64,000 nucleotides of DNA from Mytilus californianus (taxonomy: Eukaryota): positions 21,576,001 through 21,640,000 of the forward strand of contig NW_026262701.1 of assembly GCF_021869535.1 (NCBI RefSeq), read 5' to 3'. Position 1 is the first letter of the stretch. Each line of letters opens with the position of its first letter. Below, piece after piece: positions 62,496 through 64,000 of the stretch. Under the pieces are notes generated by a model, which searched no databases, was not told where the DNA came from, and worked only from the letters and a program-made list of their open reading frames with translations. The position numbers and the translations under genes are program-made.

Positions 62496-62670
62496 TGAAA
62501 TGCACTGCTAATCTGGTGTTATTGGTTTTCTTACTAACAAAAAAAAAACTGTATTTCTGGCCGGCTAATATTTCAAAACAAATTTCAAGCCTTTATTAAC
62601 AGTCAATAGGTTTAACCGTAAATGTGAATATATATTGTAAATTTGAAACGATGATAATTTCTTTGCAATA

Positions 62671-63621
62671 ACATTGAGAATGGGAATGGGGAATATGTCA
62701 AAGAGACAACAACCCGACCATAGAGCAGATAACAGCCAAAGGCCACCAATGAGTCTTCAATGGAGCGAGAAAATCACGCATCCGAAGTGGGCCTCAGCTG
62801 GCGCTAAATAAAAATGTGTACTCGTTCAGAGAAATGGACGTCATACTAAACTCCAAAACATATAAATGAACTTAAATTAAAAAATATACAAGACCACCAA
62901 AGGCCAGAGGCTCATGACTTGGGACAGGTGCAAAAATGCGGTGGGGTTAAACATGTTTTCTGAGATCTCAACCCTCCCCCTATACCTCTAGGCAATGTAG
63001 AATAAAGAAACACACAGCAATACGCACAGTAAAACTCAGTTCAAGAAGAAGTCCGAGTCCGATGTCAGAATAAGTAACAAAAGAAACTAAGGAAAATGAC
63101 AATGATACATCAATAAACAAAGGACTACTATCAGTTACTGACATGCCAGCTCCAGACCTCAATCAAACTGATTGAAAGATTATGTCTTCATCATATGAAG
63201 AACAAGCACAATCCCTTCCGTTAGGGGTTTAGTATCATACCATCATAACATATATGAGAAGAACATAACCCGTATCATGCCAACAACTGGTTTTAGAATA
63301 AATGTGTTTATTTCCGATGCAAAGATCCTATCAGTGAATCAATATTAGTACCAAAATATGCCATTCTTAATGACTTGACAACAGTATCGTAGCTATATCC
63401 ATTCTGAATAAGTCTGTTTAAAGGTTTGGATTAGCTTTTGAGGTGAATGCCGACATTTTTGTGCTTTGTAAAGAGTATTACCATAAAAGATTGGATGTGA
63501 AATACCTGAACGTATAAGATGTCTGCATGTTGATTTATATTTACGAATGTGTCTTTGTACCGATGATAAAATTTAGTAAAGGTATTGACTAGTTTGTGAT
63601 ATCGAAAACCCTGGTGTAATA
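62671..63621. mobile_element. ~950-bp interspersed repeat
   Basis: Paralog of 23390-24351. Confidence 0.8.
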
Positions 63622-64000
63622 TTTTTTATAAAAGTATTCCCAAAAATAAACCATCCAAGTTTGATACAGATTTAACAATGAATTATTTGTAGTGAAATCA
63701 AACCATGCCAGCACGTGTTTTGAACAATTTCCTTGTCGAATAATCAAACAATGGAATTTTATTAGCATTGTTCTACAATATAGATAACACTATAATTATG
63801 ATGTAAATGTTATGTTATAATAATTATACTGTAAAATCATGCAGAGTCAAGCGAACAATTACATGTTTTAAATTATTATCCGCTTTCATTTGTCGTGTAA
63901 TGTTTGTTTTAGTCACCATCTGTTTATAATGTATTATACGATGCAATACAGCTATTGTGTAGTCTTGGTACTCTTTCTGGCAACTTTTACAGCTGATGAA

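Larger units (their letters stand above)
50255..64000. repeat. Segmental duplication block 3 (paralog of 6468-24730), runs off the window
   Basis: Colinear near-identity with block 1; begins at the Kolobok right TTAA. Confidence 0.95.

Overview
AT-rich bivalve (Mytilus mussel) genomic DNA; the peptides match what I recall of M. californianus foot protein-3 'slow' (Mfp-3S), a byssal adhesive protein. Three minus-strand mfp-3 paralogs lie about 20 kb apart and are largely missed by the ORF track. Copies 1 and 3 have a 67-nt signal-peptide exon, an 11-nt micro-exon and a Tyr/Gly/Asn-rich last exon. Copy 2 has lost the micro-exon but can be put back in frame by a cryptic acceptor. Blocks 6468-24730 and 50255-64000+ are a recent segmental duplication (or allelic haplotigs); the older, more diverged copy-2 block lies between them. 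The left breakpoint of the downstream block coincides with the end of a 10.65-kb TTAA-flanked Kolobok-type transposon encoding a decayed DDE transposase fused to a DEDD exonuclease. Also present are a 3.7-kb TA-flanked Tc1/mariner-type non-autonomous element carrying a ~144-bp higher-order satellite array, minimal type-I hammerhead ribozymes, Penelope-like retroelement fragments, a tRNA-derived SINE and many high-copy interspersed repeats. All alignments were done by eye; repeat boundaries are approximate unless a TSD/TIR is quoted.
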